DNA from: a virus
DNA length: 64,000 nucleotides
Reading direction: 5' to 3' (one strand)
IMG/VR virus record: IMGVR_UViG_3300042691_015921
Part shown: positions 27,970 to 37,531 of the stretch, in pieces
Position numbering within the stretch: position 1 is the stretch's first letter
How the letters are laid out: every line of letters starts with the position of its first letter
Position numbers and translations under genes: made by a program
Notes under the pieces: generated by a model
Seen by the model: only the letters and a program-made list of their open reading frames with translations
Database searches by the model: none
Told to the model about the DNA's origin: nothing

Positions 27970-30084
27970 TTATACCGGAAGAACGTTGTCTGTCAACACC
28001 TGATTTTCCACAAAATCAATATAGTCTGAAATTTTCTGCTTATTAGATCCATCAATCCAATTAAGTGAGACAAGACTAAGCATAGGATACTTGTCCATTT
28101 CATTCCGTAGCGGAATTTCAAACTCTGCCTTCTTATCAAATCCCTCACGATCTTCCATAAGGTTAGAAAGTCCGAGACAATCACAAGCATTCATGATCTT
28201 CTTACAAATATCCATATTCTTCTTAAGACTCTCGGCCTTCTCCTGATAATCGGCAACGATCTGCTTTGCCCTGTTATCAGTAGAGGTATTCAAAATAGCA
28301 CTGTGAAGGTGAGTAAAACCGATAGACGGGGCATGACGCATATCATAGATATCATCCTTGTAAGTGGTGAAAATATCCTTCACCATATCAATGAAATACT
28401 CCGGGCCTTCCCAATTATCTCGACTTTCAAGCTTTCGGCTTGCCACCGTAGACTCTGGCACGAAAATAAACTTCTTGTCAAAGAAACGATGCCGATAGCA
28501 AATGATAAGCATCTGCTTGATCACCGAAATACTAATCGTCCTATTGTTAATAATTACGTCCTGAGCGTAACTACCCCTCGTCTTCCTAATGGGAATATAA
28601 ACAGCATCTTCTTCCTTAACGCTCAATCCGCAGGTCTTAAAGCTTTCGGAATACTGGTCAAAATACTCCACCAGACCATAGGTTCGATCAGCAACCGTGT
28701 AGGACTGCTTCTCTGGCTTTGGCATGGAGGAAACAAGAATCACATCCTTGCGAGTTGCTCCACCAAGAATATCATAGAATGCACAATCGTCAACAGTCTC
28801 ATTCTCTGCGAGAGTATAGACGTAGACATGCCCGCGATTATTATCCTTGAGATACTGACGAACCCGGCCAACTCCTCCTCGCTTCAAGTCATCAATTGCG
28901 AACACTACATTCTCGCCAAAATGAACAGTCAGAAGATCGCGGTCAATATTGATCTTGCTACGAAAGTTAGACTTAGAAGCAGACATTACAATCTTCGTTC
29001 CGGTGGAAACGCTATTCATGCCCATAGAATCAAAAAGCTTCATTCCATTCCACATCATAGAATCTTTAAGTTGAGAAGTAACTTGCCTAACAGAACTACA
29101 ACGGTCTTGAATCTCCACGTACTTTTTACGAGCAAGGAAAAGAGATGGCTGGCTAGAGATAGACGTTTCAATGCTATTCTTAATATCCTTCATGATATGA
29201 ATAAGCATTTCATGAAGCTTCGCCTTAGTCTGTGGATTGAAAGACAGACTCTCTCGGCTAGGAGTAAAGTCAACATCTCCAATATTCACATACATAATCA
29301 ACCCACGAAGATTGTAGCAGAAAATACTAACAGAATCATCCTCAAACATGCGGCTGAGTTCACAGTTATCAACGTTATAAGGAACCTGTCCCATCACAAC
29401 ATAGTTATCGGCCATGTCATGAAATGCCCACTTACCATCATTATCAGAAATGATAGGCTCAGGCATGTTCATATTAATGTTAGCATTGACAATAGGCTTA
29501 ACCTTCCAATACTTATAGAATTCACCAGCGATGGTATGAAACTTGCTAATGTCTCCAGACCGGACTGGCACAGAAACCTTAATACCATTCGGCTCATCGG
29601 TAGAAGAGGTTTCCATCTTCACGAACTGATAATCTCCCGTTGTATCCTTGAACCCGGAGTAAATCCGCTTTTCTCCGTTCAGATAGGCTTCCACGGTGAA
29701 ACTGTTCGAATAGGCAAGAGGACTCTTGCTTCCAAGACCAAGACAGCCGAGAAGATCATTGCTCTCAGTCTTTGTGCTTTTAAAGAAGGTGGTGTAGAGA
29801 ATCATGCACATATCGTCAGTCATGCTGATTCCAAAATCACGCACATAGAAATACGGCTCAATTGCAGTAGGAAGGTGGACTTCAAACGGCTTGTCCGCAC
29901 ATCCCGCGTCAACATGGGCATCATACGCATTGGTAGAAAGTTCACGAATAACGGCAAATTCCTTGTGGGAATACATGTCATTAGACAGAACCATAAAAGC
30001 TTTTGCCGATCCTTCAATGGAATAGCTTTTCGAAACAAGACCAGCAGACTTCTCAACGCTCGACCCGGCAGAATACATCTTCAT
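27970..30084 (-). CDS. rIIA: rIIA-like protein (GHKL/HATPase N-terminal domain)
   Basis: AF.VLS..MYS.K..AVIRELSTNAYDAH, VRDFGI, STKTESN..GCLGLGSKSP, PSRESL. Confidence 0.9.
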   Translation of the reverse strand: MKMYSAGSSVEKSAGLVSKSYSIEGSAKAFMVLSNDMYSHKEFAVIRELSTNAYDAHVDAGCADKPFEVHLPTAIEPYFYVRDFGISMTDDMCMILYTTFFKSTKTESNDLLGCLGLGSKSPLAYSNSFTVEAYLNGEKRIYSGFKDTTGDYQFVKMETSSTDEPNGIKVSVPVRSGDISKFHTIAGEFYKYWKVKPIVNANINMNMPEPIISDNDGKWAFHDMADNYVVMGQVPYNVDNCELSRMFEDDSVSIFCYNLRGLIMYVNIGDVDFTPSRESLSFNPQTKAKLHEMLIHIMKDIKNSIETSISSQPSLFLARKKYVEIQDRCSSVRQVTSQLKDSMMWNGMKLFDSMGMNSVSTGTKIVMSASKSNFRSKINIDRDLLTVHFGENVVFAIDDLKRGGVGRVRQYLKDNNRGHVYVYTLAENETVDDCAFYDILGGATRKDVILVSSMPKPEKQSYTVADRTYGLVEYFDQYSESFKTCGLSVKEEDAVYIPIRKTRGSYAQDVIINNRTISISVIKQMLIICYRHRFFDKKFIFVPESTVASRKLESRDNWEGPEYFIDMVKDIFTTYKDDIYDMRHAPSIGFTHLHSAILNTSTDNRAKQIVADYQEKAESLKKNMDICKKIMNACDCLGLSNLMEDREGFDKKAEFEIPLRNEMDKYPMLSLVSLNWIDGSNKQKISDYIDFVENQVLTDNVLPV

Positions 30085-30131
30085 TTCCTAATCTCCTGAC
30101 AAGTGTTTGTGTGTGCCTTAACGACTCGCCT

Positions 30132-30170
30132 ATCCTACCATCCTATCGTCTGCTGTCAAGTTGGTCTTGA
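30132..30170 (-). promoter_or_regulatory. nested sigma70 (TTGACA-N16-TAGGAT) / sigma28-like (TCAAG-N15-GACGATAG) promoter for rIIA
   Basis: Motifs read on minus strand. Confidence 0.75.
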
Positions 30171-30436
30171 ATTTTTTCCCAACCCCTATGCCTAGACTTG
30201 GAAGCCATAGGCCAGCCCCCACCACATTTGTCCAACATCCTCAATTGTTGATGGATTTTCCGATGAACTTCTCCATCTCTAACAATTTCACTCCAGAGAA
30301 TATCCCTGGTTTCTACAGCAACGGTCGCAACCATAACCCCTCCACCACTTTGTGGACGAGTAACGATTGTATAGCCCGCACAAGCACGGTCAATCTCTTT
30401 TTTCGTTATCGTAATTTTCTTTGACATAGCTTTCAT
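30143..30436 (-). CDS. hypothetical protein
   Basis: Tiled ORF. Confidence 0.65.
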   Translation of the reverse strand: MKAMSKKITITKKEIDRACAGYTIVTRPQSGGGVMVATVAVETRDILWSEIVRDGEVHRKIHQQLRMLDKCGGGWPMASKSRHRGWEKIQDQLDSRR

Positions 30437-30975
30437 ACATCCTTAAAGAAATACCAACGGTTATAGGTGACGATCTCTTCCGCACCGTCAATATACATCA
30501 GGTATTCTTGCAAGTCAAGCCACGAATCAAAAATCATTTGATGGGGAATTGTCCCGAATAACCAATCTGGAGCATTTTGCTTTCCTTGAGCAACATTGAT
30601 CAGTATCGGTTTCTTTTCACGGTTTGCAAGAAAGATTTCCTCATATGTTCCACAGGGATGAATATCTAAATCTAGATTGACAATCAAGAAATCGCTGATA
30701 TCAACAAGTCTTAGGTCTACGTTTCTGATTGTCTTCATGACTTTAGATAGTTCGTCATACCGTTTCTCTTGCTTGAGTCTTTTCTTGAGCATGACGGTAT
30801 TTTCATCTTCTCTACCAATCTCTGACGGTTTAATTAATGGATTGAAAACAGTAAGTCCCATTTTTAAAAGAACGGGGGTAATATTTTCTCGCCATGTTTT
30901 TCCGCCATCCGGTACTCTATCCATAGCACCAGCAAGATATACCCGCTGATTATTTAGTCGATTCATCATCCTCAT
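30433..30975 (-). CDS. nucleoside 2-deoxyribosyltransferase-like protein
   Basis: VYLAGAMD..WR..FNP..DLRLVDISDF..CGTYEE. Confidence 0.85.
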   Translation of the reverse strand: MRMMNRLNNQRVYLAGAMDRVPDGGKTWRENITPVLLKMGLTVFNPLIKPSEIGREDENTVMLKKRLKQEKRYDELSKVMKTIRNVDLRLVDISDFLIVNLDLDIHPCGTYEEIFLANREKKPILINVAQGKQNAPDWLFGTIPHQMIFDSWLDLQEYLMYIDGAEEIVTYNRWYFFKDV

Positions 30976-31087
30976 CCTCTTCTACCAAGTCCCACTCAAA
31001 TTCTTCCACTTCTTTGTCATAAACCGGCAGTTCGGTTTCTTCCCACCAAGCAACTGATGTTTCAGGATAGTCACCATAATCTTGCAT
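30950..31087 (-). CDS. 45-aa acidic protein (not in ORF track)
   Basis: MQDYGDYPETSVAWWEETELPVYDKEVEEFEWDLVEEDEDDESTK; RBS GGAGG; fills gap between glf and NDT. Confidence 0.65.
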   Translation of the reverse strand: MQDYGDYPETSVAWWEETELPVYDKEVEEFEWDLVEEDEDDESTK

Positions 31088-31098
31088 AATTACCTCCG

Positions 31099-32190
31099 TT
31101 ATTTCTTAAGTAAATTGTATTTATGAATAGCAGAAGCTATGACCTGATGCATGTCATAGTATCTATATTCGGCTAGTCTACCGCCAAAAATAAACTTATT
31201 TGTATCTATCAGCGACTGATATCTACCAAATAATTCGTTGTTTAGTGTAGTATTGACAGGATAGAATCTCTCCAAACCGTCTTCATAGTCTTGTGGAAAC
31301 TCTTTAGTTATTACGGTATGACGAGAATCTAATTTGTCGAAATGTTTATACTCCACAATTCTAGTATGTTTAACATCTACGTCTGTGTAGTTTACTATAG
31401 AAGTCCCTTGAAAGTCGCAATTTTCGATGTATAATTGCTCAAATCGTAAACTTCTCCAGTCTAATTTCCCTAGACTTGAGTTAAAAAACTCATCAATTGG
31501 GCCTGTATATACAACCTTCTTTGCTATCTTATCCCACTCATCCCTGCTTGTCAAGTAGTCTTCATCTAGTATTACCTTAATGCCGTCCAGCATATTCTCT
31601 ACTAGTTTGGTATATCCAACTGTTGGTAGTCCTTCATAATTATCTGAGAAATATCTGTCGTCAAATGTTTTTCGGATTGGGATACGTTTTATTATTGATG
31701 CTGGCAAATCGCGGGGATGTTTATCCCATTGTTTAGTTGTATATCCCTCGACAAATATCTCATATAATTCTCTGCCGCATTTATCTAGAATCCATTCTTC
31801 TAGATTCTTGGGATTGGTATTAACTACCCTAACTGATTCAAGATATCTAATTGCTTCTTCTGGAGTTTTTACATTTGCTACTTGATAAAGGGTGAATAAA
31901 TTAATCGGGAATGAATATAATCTATCCTTGTAATTAACTTTTACTCTGTGCGAATACCCATTAAAAGAGGAGAATCTATTTATAAATTGCCAGATACGCT
32001 CATCATTTGTATGAAATATATGCGGACCATATTTGTGTACATTGATCCCAGCAATATTTTCTGTGTAACAGTTTCCGGCTATATGTTGTCGTTTATCTAT
32101 TACAAGACAAGAATAGCCATCATCCTGAGCAATCCTGGCGAATGTCGATCCAAATAGACCGGCACCAACAATCAGAAAATCATATTGCAT
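31099..32190 (-). CDS. glf: UDP-galactopyranose mutase
   Basis: IVGAGLFG, HIAGNCY, HKYGPHIFHT, YTTKQW, TGPID, GRLAEYRYYDMH. Confidence 0.96.
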   Translation of the reverse strand: MQYDFLIVGAGLFGSTFARIAQDDGYSCLVIDKRQHIAGNCYTENIAGINVHKYGPHIFHTNDERIWQFINRFSSFNGYSHRVKVNYKDRLYSFPINLFTLYQVANVKTPEEAIRYLESVRVVNTNPKNLEEWILDKCGRELYEIFVEGYTTKQWDKHPRDLPASIIKRIPIRKTFDDRYFSDNYEGLPTVGYTKLVENMLDGIKVILDEDYLTSRDEWDKIAKKVVYTGPIDEFFNSSLGKLDWRSLRFEQLYIENCDFQGTSIVNYTDVDVKHTRIVEYKHFDKLDSRHTVITKEFPQDYEDGLERFYPVNTTLNNELFGRYQSLIDTNKFIFGGRLAEYRYYDMHQVIASAIHKYNLLKK

Positions 32191-33843
32191 TTAATACCAA
32201 TCAAGTTTTCTTATATCTTGTGGCAACATGATAAAGTTTTTATTTGCCAGCCATAATACAGTTACAAATTCTGTTAAATATCCATTTTTCCTTATTTCAA
32301 AGACCGGCTTATCTGATGAGATCTTATTACTATCTACGAAAAAACCTATCTTTTCTAAGATATTATTATTTTGATAGAAATCAAAAAGTTCTTCTACTAT
32401 TTCTCTTTTTGCGATAATATTGTTCGAAAGTGCCGCAGTTTTTGATACTGGTTTTAGTTGTATCAAATCAAAAAATTGATTAATTTGTTCTTTATTTATA
32501 CGTAATATATTGTATAAAATATCTATAAATACAAGAGATGGCTCAACATTGGCACAAAGTATTTTATTGTCGCTTAAATAATTAAGTGCGGCCCAATTAT
32601 GCATTTCGTCTATTGGATTTAATCCTACATATTTATGATTCCAAGACGCTGTGACTATTCCTACATATTTTTTATCTGGTGGGAATAGTTCATCAAATGA
32701 AATATCATATATTCTTGATTCCGAGTATTCATTCCCAAATGAAGTCTTCAACTCATTTAGATTTATCTTTGATAGATAGTCCCTGTCTTTAATAGAATCA
32801 AACTGTTCTGCTTTATGCCCTAGGCATAATACTTTTACTTCATCCATATTAAACTTTGGCTTTTTTTTATAACCTATGATATTATTATCATAAAGCCAAG
32901 TATATTGCACGTTATCTTTTATGTCGCCTCGTTTGTATCTATAGATATATTTCTGGTTGATTTTCTTACTAGTATTGTCATTTAATGAAATACCAAAATT
33001 ATATTCAGGCGACAAATTAAATATAGGATATCCATCCCTATGTATACAGACCTCCATCCATTTATTATCATCATCTTCTTCTTTAGAAAATGGAAAGCTT
33101 ATTGGACAGAATATATTTGAATGTTTTTTATTACAGACGACAACCCCAAAATCATACCAAGTTTTCATTTGGTCTGATTCATATTCTAGAGGTTCTAATA
33201 CTGTCTGTGTCAATGCTGGATATCTAGTGAAAGCTTCTGCTTTTAATATCCTCATTCTTGTCTTTTTATATCGAAAGAACATCCCGTTATTTTCAATCTC
33301 TTCTAGATTATCATATAATCCCACATGATCTTCTGGAACAATATCAAAAAGATTAGGACAGTTGTCCATTATTAACACACTGTAATCAAAATAGATTGTT
33401 CTGTCATAAGCCTCGATAAATCGTTTAACTCTAAACTTTTCTAATAATAAAGACCCCTGAGTTCTTCCCTGTAAAAGAACAAAGTCGGAATTAACCTTTT
33501 TAGAATACTTACTAATACTGTTAACACACTCGTTGAAAATCTCACAATCCGGCGGGAGATATGTTATTACCAGTCTTTTAGATTTAGGCTTTGGCACAAT
33601 ATCATTAGTCTCTGCCCAAACCGGATAATTAGATTCAACAATATATGGGGTAATATCTTCCTTTACTAGACTTCTAATACTAGACAGTAAATTGTCTGCG
33701 TTAGAGTAATCCAATTTCGGGGAAATACTATTGTCGATAGCCTCTATGGCTTTTCTAATCCGGTCTGGTTGCCACTGTGCAAAGCTGTAGTTATAGTTCT
33801 CAGCTACGGCTTTGATTATTTCAGGCAGTTTGGTTTGGGACAT
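32191..33843 (-). CDS. multi-domain putative glycosyltransferase-like protein
   Basis: LEKF...YDRTIYFD..V.....PNLFD..P...YD.GVVV resembles GT-A/GT8-like; next to glf; DxD degenerate. Confidence 0.55.
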   Translation of the reverse strand: MSQTKLPEIIKAVAENYNYSFAQWQPDRIRKAIEAIDNSISPKLDYSNADNLLSSIRSLVKEDITPYIVESNYPVWAETNDIVPKPKSKRLVITYLPPDCEIFNECVNSISKYSKKVNSDFVLLQGRTQGSLLLEKFRVKRFIEAYDRTIYFDYSVLIMDNCPNLFDIVPEDHVGLYDNLEEIENNGMFFRYKKTRMRILKAEAFTRYPALTQTVLEPLEYESDQMKTWYDFGVVVCNKKHSNIFCPISFPFSKEEDDDNKWMEVCIHRDGYPIFNLSPEYNFGISLNDNTSKKINQKYIYRYKRGDIKDNVQYTWLYDNNIIGYKKKPKFNMDEVKVLCLGHKAEQFDSIKDRDYLSKINLNELKTSFGNEYSESRIYDISFDELFPPDKKYVGIVTASWNHKYVGLNPIDEMHNWAALNYLSDNKILCANVEPSLVFIDILYNILRINKEQINQFFDLIQLKPVSKTAALSNNIIAKREIVEELFDFYQNNNILEKIGFFVDSNKISSDKPVFEIRKNGYLTEFVTVLWLANKNFIMLPQDIRKLDWY

Positions 33844-34069
33844 TTCTCAATTCCGGGAAGTGTTTAACGAGAGTTTCTAGACGATCTTCCGCGTCTGTCA
33901 GTTGTTGTAAAGCCTCGTTCAAATTCCTGTGCAAATCACCCGTGGAGTGGTCCCCAATACCCGCAGGATGGTGTAGGAGTAGATTGAGACTAGCTAGAGC
34001 CTCTGCCCTGTCTGCCTGGGCCTTGAGAGCAAGAGCATATAGAGCGGACGTTTTGAAGTTAATTTCCAT
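33821..34069 (-). CDS. conserved phage protein (PAGIGDH motif)
   Basis: ALA.L..L..HPAGIGDHS motif. Confidence 0.75.
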   Translation of the reverse strand: MEINFKTSALYALALKAQADRAEALASLNLLLHHPAGIGDHSTGDLHRNLNEALQQLTDAEDRLETLVKHFPELRNVPNQTA

Positions 34070-34499
34070 AATTCACCTTAAGGTTTTTCTATTTTTTTCT
34101 AAGATTTTTCTATTTTTTTAACCAATTAATTATATCGCCTTGAATAGTAAATATTCAGGAGAAAAAATATAAGAATACAAACTAGGGGAAAACTGAGAGA
34201 GGGTTTGAGAGAGGGAGAGAGTAGGAGAAATATCAAAAACCCCTATACCATAAATAAAAGAGAGTAAATAATAATAGAGGATGATGAACAGACCAGTAAT
34301 GCTTGACAGTTGGAATTGGAAGTTTGAACCAGCCACCCGCGTAATAAGTGGGAAATATGCCATTTTAGCCCTATTTCTGCACTATTTCTGTGGGTTTCAA
34401 GCCCATTTCCTCTCTACTGTTTTTCCTATATGGGGGTTTTTGTATTGTTCTCTCTCTCTTTTTGGATGGTTTGTGTTTCTCTCTGGGGTATTTTCTCAC

Positions 34500-34730
34500 T
34501 TACAGGGACAAATCTGCGTCATTTTCTATCGCTTCTAGTGTTTCAGAGAGGATTTCTGCAAAATCTTTTAGTTCCTGGGGGGTGATTTCGTGTCCTAGCT
34601 CTGCCATTATCTGTCTGGTGAGTAGTAATTCTCTCTCTCCAGAAGTAACACATGTTGCCGCCTGCTTGAGTCTATTATAGTTCTCTCTTACATATTTATA
34701 CCATTCGCGTAGTACATCATCCTTGTCCAT
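34500..34730 (-). CDS. hypothetical protein
   Basis: Tiled ORF. Confidence 0.7.
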   Translation of the reverse strand: MDKDDVLREWYKYVRENYNRLKQAATCVTSGERELLLTRQIMAELGHEITPQELKDFAEILSETLEAIENDADLSL

Positions 34731-35193
34731 TGTCAGCTTTCTTCAAGAGGATAACTTTGTGTGGTGCCCGAGTAATACTATCCATGACCGGACTTTTTAC
34801 TTCCGGCCCCATATACAGAAACTCCCTTGAGCCGTATGGGCTGGATACCATAATTCCATCCGGGAGGATTTCACTAACGGTATACTTTCCTTTATTGCCA
34901 AGGTAGTTGATATTACCATCTTGATCAGTATGGAAAGGACCGCTCCCCTGGACGACTTTAATTAAATCGCCTTTAAAAAGGGTGGTATGATCAGATACCG
35001 GAATCTTGCGGGTTTTATTAATTTTAAATCGCTTAACCTTCTTAGAGGTAATGACAGCGACTTCTTCCGTTGGGGCTTTCTTCCCGGACTTCATTACAAA
35101 CGGGTGATTACAATTCTTACAGTTAAAAGAACGAACACCATTAATAGTGCTACAGTTCTTACACATCTTTTGCCCGCGTTTCAGCTTTTCCAT
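34717..35193 (-). CDS. zinc-ribbon protein
   Basis: MEKLKRGQKMCKNC..NGVRSFNCKNC; start trimmed to 35193 (RBS AAGGTG). Confidence 0.8.
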   Translation of the reverse strand: MEKLKRGQKMCKNCSTINGVRSFNCKNCNHPFVMKSGKKAPTEEVAVITSKKVKRFKINKTRKIPVSDHTTLFKGDLIKVVQGSGPFHTDQDGNINYLGNKGKYTVSEILPDGIMVSSPYGSREFLYMGPEVKSPVMDSITRAPHKVILLKKADNGQG

Positions 35194-35212
35194 ACTTTCA
35201 CCTTTATAGTCT

Positions 35213-35362
35213 AAAGAACTTGAGTCCAAACACTTAACCCTGGCCCTTGCGGGATTCGGCTTGTTTAGCCAACACACTCCCAAAGAACTTGCGTCCAAAC
35301 TACAAATACCTTGGCCCTTGCGGGGAGCCGGGCAGTGGGGGTGGCACAAGTGCCACCCCCAC
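35213..35362 (-). ncRNA. structured leader: CUUG hairpin plus two tandem CCCGCAAGGG..GGAC(G/T)CAAGTTCTTT units
   Basis: 12-bp perfect stem 35335-35362; repeats at 35282-35324 and 35213-35253. Confidence 0.55.
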
Positions 35363-35366
35363 CTCG

Positions 35367-35585
35367 TCATTCCTTGCCATTCTCGTATCGCCCAAGTTCC
35401 AGGGTAAATGGCGGATTAATTTCATTACCTTCGTCATCCCATGTTCCATATCCATGGAATGTCACTCCGACTGCGAAACATTCCATTCCACGATGACTTT
35501 CTTCGATTTCCATAGTGACATCAAATTCAAGCATGAGATCAAAAAGTCTACGCTTGAAAGCTTCTCTACGATCCCAGCTACTCAT
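35367..35585 (-). CDS. hypothetical protein
   Basis: Tiled ORF. Confidence 0.7.
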   Translation of the reverse strand: MSSWDRREAFKRRLFDLMLEFDVTMEIEESHRGMECFAVGVTFHGYGTWDDEGNEINPPFTLELGRYENGKE

Positions 35586-35767
35586 GACCAGTCCTCCTCG
35601 TCCCGCCGCCGTCGCTTGGAGCGGGAATTAATTGCGTCCAGTTCTACCTCCAGACTCTCCACATCATCCTCCAGATCCTGAATATACTGGTAGATAACTG
35701 CGAAAGTTTCGGGGGAACAATTGTCCTGAACTTCCAAAAGAGCCTCGTTGATCTCACCGCTTGTCAT
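35582..35767 (-). CDS. hypothetical protein
   Basis: Tiled ORF. Confidence 0.7.
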   Translation of the reverse strand: MTSGEINEALLEVQDNCSPETFAVIYQYIQDLEDDVESLEVELDAINSRSKRRRRDEEDWS

Positions 35768-35898
35768 AGTTGACCACTCCCTGAATCAGACCGATAGTGC
35801 CGACAAAGAAAAGGAATAGGATCAGTTTGAGCATAGATTCTCCAAAGTTAGTGTAAGGGGGCAGGGAGGGGCGGCCCGATGCCGCCCCTCCCATTATA

Positions 35899-36801
35899 TC
35901 AGGCAGTCAACGCCATGACAAGGTTCTCTGCCTTGAGAACGCTGGCATCACTACCCGCCTTCAAGATGCGAGCAAAGTCGCTCTTGAATCCGGCCTTGGT
36001 CCGTGCATCGTGCTGCACGTAACCCTGGACGGCATTGAAAGCCTCCCACGCACTAACCTTGAAATCACTCCCCATGTCGGGGCGACCAGTCAGAACCCGC
36101 TCGCGGTAGAGACGCTGGAAAATCGCCTCAGTCCGATTCTTGTGGATCGTCACCGCAGTCTGGGACGCATCCGGGGCGGGCTGACCGTACACCTGATCCA
36201 GAAAACTCACCATCGACACTTCCCGATTCTGGAGGGTCAGAATCAGATCCCCCAGCGTACCCCACGACTGCTTGAGAAGCTGGAACGTCTGAATCAGATC
36301 GTCCATCTTGCTCCGCAGACCGGAAGTGTGCCGGATGGAAACCGTCGTGCCGCTCACCTTTCGCATGATGTAGAGATTGGAGCAAAGGTCACGCCAGTAC
36401 CCCATGCTGGCATGGAAAGCCTGACCATCGTATCCCGCCCGCACCATAATGCGGGGGAAGACGTTATCCGCAGTCCCGTAGACACTCAGACGCTGCTCCT
36501 TGGTGGGGGCAATCGCCACATAGTGACCGTTGCGGAAGTAGGTCTTGCAATCCACCTCCCCGTCGAAAGCCTCTGCGGCAGCATCGACCAGGGCACACAC
36601 ATCATCCGTCTGGTGGGGAACGTAACGACTGGTCACGCTGCCCGTCCCGACAACCTCAGAAGTGTCAGATCGGAACAGACCGTACCAGGGGGTGGTCATG
36701 CCATCCGGCCCGGCGAGGGGGAACTTGTCCACGCTGAAATCGAAAGCCGCACGAACGCTAGAGGAAACGTCGCTGGCCTGCTGCTTAGTCATCTTATTCA
36801 T
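35899..36801 (-). CDS. DUF932-like protein
   Basis: GSVTSRYVPHQ, AGYDG..F......R..CSN, SIRHT, SAWEAFNAVQGY. Confidence 0.8.
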   Translation of the reverse strand: MNKMTKQQASDVSSSVRAAFDFSVDKFPLAGPDGMTTPWYGLFRSDTSEVVGTGSVTSRYVPHQTDDVCALVDAAAEAFDGEVDCKTYFRNGHYVAIAPTKEQRLSVYGTADNVFPRIMVRAGYDGQAFHASMGYWRDLCSNLYIMRKVSGTTVSIRHTSGLRSKMDDLIQTFQLLKQSWGTLGDLILTLQNREVSMVSFLDQVYGQPAPDASQTAVTIHKNRTEAIFQRLYRERVLTGRPDMGSDFKVSAWEAFNAVQGYVQHDARTKAGFKSDFARILKAGSDASVLKAENLVMALTA

Positions 36802-36839
36802 CCTTTGTTGGAGTTACTGTCACCGTCACTTGTCCCCGG

Positions 36840-36945
36840 ATTCTACCAGGGTTATCGTCGTTTGCAAGAGGCGGGATTAACTTTTTTTCTCGTCCCGCGT
36901 TCCGCTCGACTCCCCCGATTCTACCAGATGGTATCGACATTGCAA
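36840..36945 (-). promoter_or_regulatory. two tandem sigma70 promoters (TTGCAA-N16-TAGAAT) each with internal CGATA
   Basis: 36840-36867 and 36918-36945. Confidence 0.75.
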
Positions 36946-36977
36946 CTAGGGGAGAAGAGTTTTTTTTCGTGATTCTT

Positions 36978-37075
36978 TGGTATGCCGTTTGCTATATGCA
37001 AATCCCGTGCCGGAAATTAATTCTCGTTTGGCACGATTTTTGCGAGCGGCCCAAAGCGGCCGCTCCGCTGCGGCC
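36978..37075. repeat. regulatory island 1: three sigma54 motifs + conserved hairpin
   Basis: +36978, -36997, +37029 GG-N10-GC motifs; hairpin 37044-37065. Confidence 0.85.
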
Positions 37076-37149
37076 ACTTAATGGGGTTGTATTAGAGTGC
37101 TACCCATTTTGCAACTGTCGGCGGGCTGGGTAGCCCCACCATAATTATG

Positions 37150-37416
37150 TCAGTATGTAGGGAGTTCAGCAATAATCTGCTTGGCAAAAAGATGGTTTGG
37201 CTGTCCCAAAACGTCTGCTTCTTCAAGATCATCACCCTTGTAACATCCAATATTCATACTGTACGGAAGAATAACATCAAGCGATCCATTGTAGTCTAAG
37301 GCAGCATTGCTAGGACGCAACTGAATCACCAGTTGTTTACCGCCAGGAAAATTGATGATGAAATCGCAATCATGATCTGGTGCTTCTTGATGAATCTCAG
37401 TGAACTTATAGTTCAT
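37150..37416 (-). CDS. hypothetical protein
   Basis: RBS AAGGA. Confidence 0.7.
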   Translation of the reverse strand: MNYKFTEIHQEAPDHDCDFIINFPGGKQLVIQLRPSNAALDYNGSLDVILPYSMNIGCYKGDDLEEADVLGQPNHLFAKQIIAELPTY

Positions 37417-37450
37417 TTCTATTTCCTTAGATTAGAGGTAAAGCTGCCAA

Positions 37451-37523
37451 TGCCCCCACTAGGACTTGAACCTAGAACCTATCGGTTAAAAGCCGAATGC
37501 TCTGCCAATTGAGCTATAAGGGC
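37451..37523 (-). tRNA. tRNA-Lys(TTT)
   Basis: GCCCTTA/TGGGGGC stem, TAGCTCAATTGGCAGAGC D-arm, CT-TTT-AA, GGTTCAAGTCC. Confidence 0.93.
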
Positions 37524-37531
37524 AACTATTG

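Noticed and set aside
28303-30099. 598-aa plus-strand ORF opposite rIIA
   Set aside because: Antisense shadow of a codon-biased gene; no RBS/promoter or recognisable motifs; same for 27499..27969 opposite rIIB.
35194-35370. N-terminal extension of ORF 34717..35370
   Set aside because: Runs through a perfect hairpin and tandem repeat; good RBS at the internal ATG 35193.
36010-36972. 320-aa plus-strand ORF opposite DUF932 (and other plus-strand ORFs in 36-49 kb)
   Set aside because: GC-rich antisense frames lack stops by chance; RBSs and sigma70 promoters all point leftward.
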